The position numbers and the translations under genes were made by a program. From Candidatus Latescibacterota bacterium (GTDB lineage: Bacteria > Latescibacterota > UBA2968 > SICM01), in contig CBDCJO010000002.1 of the NCBI GenBank assembly GCA_965217865.1, positions 5,056,001 through 5,120,000 on the forward strand: a stretch of DNA of 64,000 bases. Reading direction: 5' to 3'. The notes under the pieces were generated by a model. The model saw only the letters and a list, made by a program, of their open reading frames with translations, ran no database searches and was not told the origin of the DNA. Below, one piece after another: positions 61,624-64,000 of this stretch. Numbering within the stretch: the stretch's first letter is position 1; the number at the start of each line of letters is the position of its first letter.

Positions 61624-63738
61624 ATGACACAGAGACCCACTGTTGAACGGTTTATCGATGCGGGGTTGGAACCTTCGACTGCGGCTGCCGTAATAGAACG
61701 GGCAAACCGACTTCTATCATCCCTACCCCCCGAATCCTCCTGGCTGAAGCTCACCCAAGAGGTCCTGAAACCAGAACATCCCTTTGAAATCCACAGGCTG
61801 CTCCATGAGATCGTTTTTTCAGATTGGGACCACAGCCAAGGGCCTCCTCCCGCGTGGATCCCGTCTGAGGATCAGTTCAATCATTCAAATATCGCCGAGA
61901 TCCTGGAATCGCGGGGTTTGAAAACCTACGAGGAACTCCGTGCCTGGTCGTCACGCGACAGGGGGGGGTTTTGGGAATTCATGACATCCAGGCTGGGTAT
62001 TCGGCTCAAGGCAAGATTCAATAAAATTCTGGATCTTTCCGATGGCATAGAATCCCCCAGGTGGCTCTTTGGGGCGAAGCTCAATATTGCTGATAGCTGT
62101 TTCAACGCGGGCGGGGATGCGCCTGCGATCGTGTTTCAGGAAGAGGGAGGGACGCCATCGATCCTGACCTATTCTGAGCTGGATACCCTGACCAACCGGG
62201 TGGCCAACTCGCTCAGGGATGAAGGATTCAATCCCGGAGATCGAATCGCGATAGACATGCCCATGACAATGGAATGTGTCGCGATCTACCTGGGGATTAT
62301 CAAGGCGGGTTGCGTAGCCGTTTCTATCGCGGACAGTTTCGCGCCGCACGAAATCGAGATGCGCCTGCGCCTTTCCAGGGCCAAGGGGATTTTCACACAG
62401 GATTTTATTCCCCGTTCGGGAAAAAGATTGCCGTTGTATGGGAAGGTCGTCTCCGCGAAGGCACCCCGTGCGATCGTCGTTTTCAGCCAAGAGGATTCTT
62501 CGGATCCACACACCGAAAGAATTCAGATACGCGAAGGAGACTTGACCTGGGAGCAGTTTCTGGGAAGCCGGGATCGGTTTGAATCGGAATCCCGCGTACC
62601 TACCGATCATATAAATATCCTGTTCTCTTCAGGAACGACGGGAGAACCCAAGGCGATTCCCTGGACACAGACCGCCCCGATCAAATGCGCCTCGGATGGA
62701 CACCTTCACCAGGACATCCACCCGGGCGATGTGGTGGCGTGGCCGACGAATCTGGGCTGGATGATGGGTCCATGGCTTATCTACGCGAGTTTGATAAACC
62801 GGGCGACGATCGCACTATACTATGGTGTGCCCACGGGAAGGGGTTTCGGCAGGTTCGTGCAGGATGCCCGGGTGAACATGCTGGGTGTTGTTCCCAGCCT
62901 GGTGAGGGTCTGGCGGGAATCGGAATGCATGGTGGGTCTGGATTGGAGTTCCATCAGGGCTTTCAGCTCCACGGGAGAGAGCTCCAATCCCGAGGATATG
63001 ATGTATTTGATGTCCCTGGCGGGTTATCGCCCAGTGATCGAGTATTGCGGGGGTACGGAGATCTCCGGAGGTTATGTCACCGGGACAGTGGTGGAAGCGA
63101 TGGCGCCGGCGACGTTTACAACCCCCACCCTCGGACTGGATTTTAGCATACGCGATGAAGAAGGCCATCCCGCCGACAGTGGGGAACTGTTCCTGATCCC
63201 CCCATCGATCGGGTTTTCCACGGAGCTGCTGAACCGGGATCATCACGAAGTCTATTATGAAGGCGTCCCCGAGTTCTCATATGAAGAGGGCGATTCTAAA
63301 AAAGGTGTGAGGAAAGATGCGAAATTGCGCCGCCACGGGGATCAGATGGAGCGGTTGGGGAAGGGCATCTACCGGGCGCTGGGTCGCGCCGATGACACCA
63401 TGAATCTGGGCGGCATCAAGGTGAGCTCGGCGGAGATCGAACAGATCCTCAATTCCGTCAAGGGCGTCGGCGAGACGGCCGCTATCGCGGTATCCCCCCC
63501 CGAAGGAGGGCCGGGCCTGCTGGTGATTTACGCTGTGGTATTACCCGGCGTGGAGACGGAGGGGTTGAAGAACCGTCTGCAAGCCACTATCAAGGAGGAA
63601 CTCAACCCCCTTTTCAAGATCCATGACCTGATCACCGTCGATTCTCTGCCGCGCACGGCCTCCAACAAAGTGATGCGGCGAGTGTTAAGGGATGAACATA
63701 CGAAACGGCAAACCGATGATGGAAACATTTTTTTTTAA
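61624..63738 (+). CDS. Acyl-CoA synthetase (acetate/acetoacetate-CoA ligase-like, AMP-binding)
   Basis: W..GAKLNI, FSSGTTGEPK, GWMM, GGTE, HGD, GR.DD....GG, LPRT.SNK. Confidence 0.88.
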   Translation: MTQRPTVERFIDAGLEPSTAAAVIERANRLLSSLPPESSWLKLTQEVLKPEHPFEIHRLLHEIVFSDWDHSQGPPPAWIPSEDQFNHSNIAEILESRGLKTYEELRAWSSRDRGGFWEFMTSRLGIRLKARFNKILDLSDGIESPRWLFGAKLNIADSCFNAGGDAPAIVFQEEGGTPSILTYSELDTLTNRVANSLRDEGFNPGDRIAIDMPMTMECVAIYLGIIKAGCVAVSIADSFAPHEIEMRLRLSRAKGIFTQDFIPRSGKRLPLYGKVVSAKAPRAIVVFSQEDSSDPHTERIQIREGDLTWEQFLGSRDRFESESRVPTDHINILFSSGTTGEPKAIPWTQTAPIKCASDGHLHQDIHPGDVVAWPTNLGWMMGPWLIYASLINRATIALYYGVPTGRGFGRFVQDARVNMLGVVPSLVRVWRESECMVGLDWSSIRAFSSTGESSNPEDMMYLMSLAGYRPVIEYCGGTEISGGYVTGTVVEAMAPATFTTPTLGLDFSIRDEEGHPADSGELFLIPPSIGFSTELLNRDHHEVYYEGVPEFSYEEGDSKKGVRKDAKLRRHGDQMERLGKGIYRALGRADDTMNLGGIKVSSAEIEQILNSVKGVGETAAIAVSPPEGGPGLLVIYAVVLPGVETEGLKNRLQATIKEELNPLFKIHDLITVDSLPRTASNKVMRRVLRDEHTKRQTDDGNIFF

Positions 63739-63844
63739 ATATTCGAAAAATTTAATTCTTTTTGATTCCCAGGGTGTCTAACTAAAATGAGGCGCCTATG
63801 CTTTTGACAAACCCAAGATTTTAATTTTACAAAAGAGGAGATGA

Positions 63845-64000
63845 ATGAAGCCCTGGTTCATAAGCAGGGATTGTTGCCCTGATCGTTGGGTTCTGGACCA
63901 CCGCAGACGCCCAGCGGGATCACCGGCCCCGAATGGGCTGGAAGAATATGATGTTGGAAAAGCTGGACTTGACTGACGATCAGAGGGTTAAGATCCGGCA
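63845..64000 (+). CDS. Spy/CpxP-like (LTxxQ) secreted protein, partial, with an apparent +1 frameshift near 63862
   Basis: MKPWFI then, after one extra A, AGIVALIVGFWTTADAQ...MLEKLDLTDDQRVKIR. Confidence 0.6.

Overview
Bacterial chromosomal window of moderately high GC. An EF-hand/dockerin-like 'DFDGNGKVDFDDFFLFA' repeat hints at Ca. Latescibacterota or a relative (inference only). The left third is a minus-strand housekeeping run (tsaB-rimI-holB-metG-rsmA-recJ-ilvE-proC-hisH-hisA-eno), then a damaged YkgJ/HDOD/PAS-HisKA signalling cluster and ddl. The middle holds accessory metabolic genes, several broken: an IS-split dehydrogenase, an amber-interrupted RraA gene and a multiply frameshifted sulfatase. 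It also holds a dapA-pckG-dapB-archease operon. There are four IS elements: two near-identical 1526-bp IS1182-like copies, a 5'-truncated IS1595-family element, and a ~2.24-kb IS1595-family element. The last has 50-bp inverted repeats that each contain an inward sigma70-like promoter, and it carries an orphan HsdR_N-type nuclease gene behind a structured leader. The right end has an AraC-HTH gene, a structured leader, and a KamA-type aminomutase / aminotransferase / acetoacetate-CoA-ligase-like trio that suggests an undescribed beta-amino-acid pathway. No rRNA, tRNA or CRISPR array was seen. All calls come from reading motifs by eye; no database searches were run.
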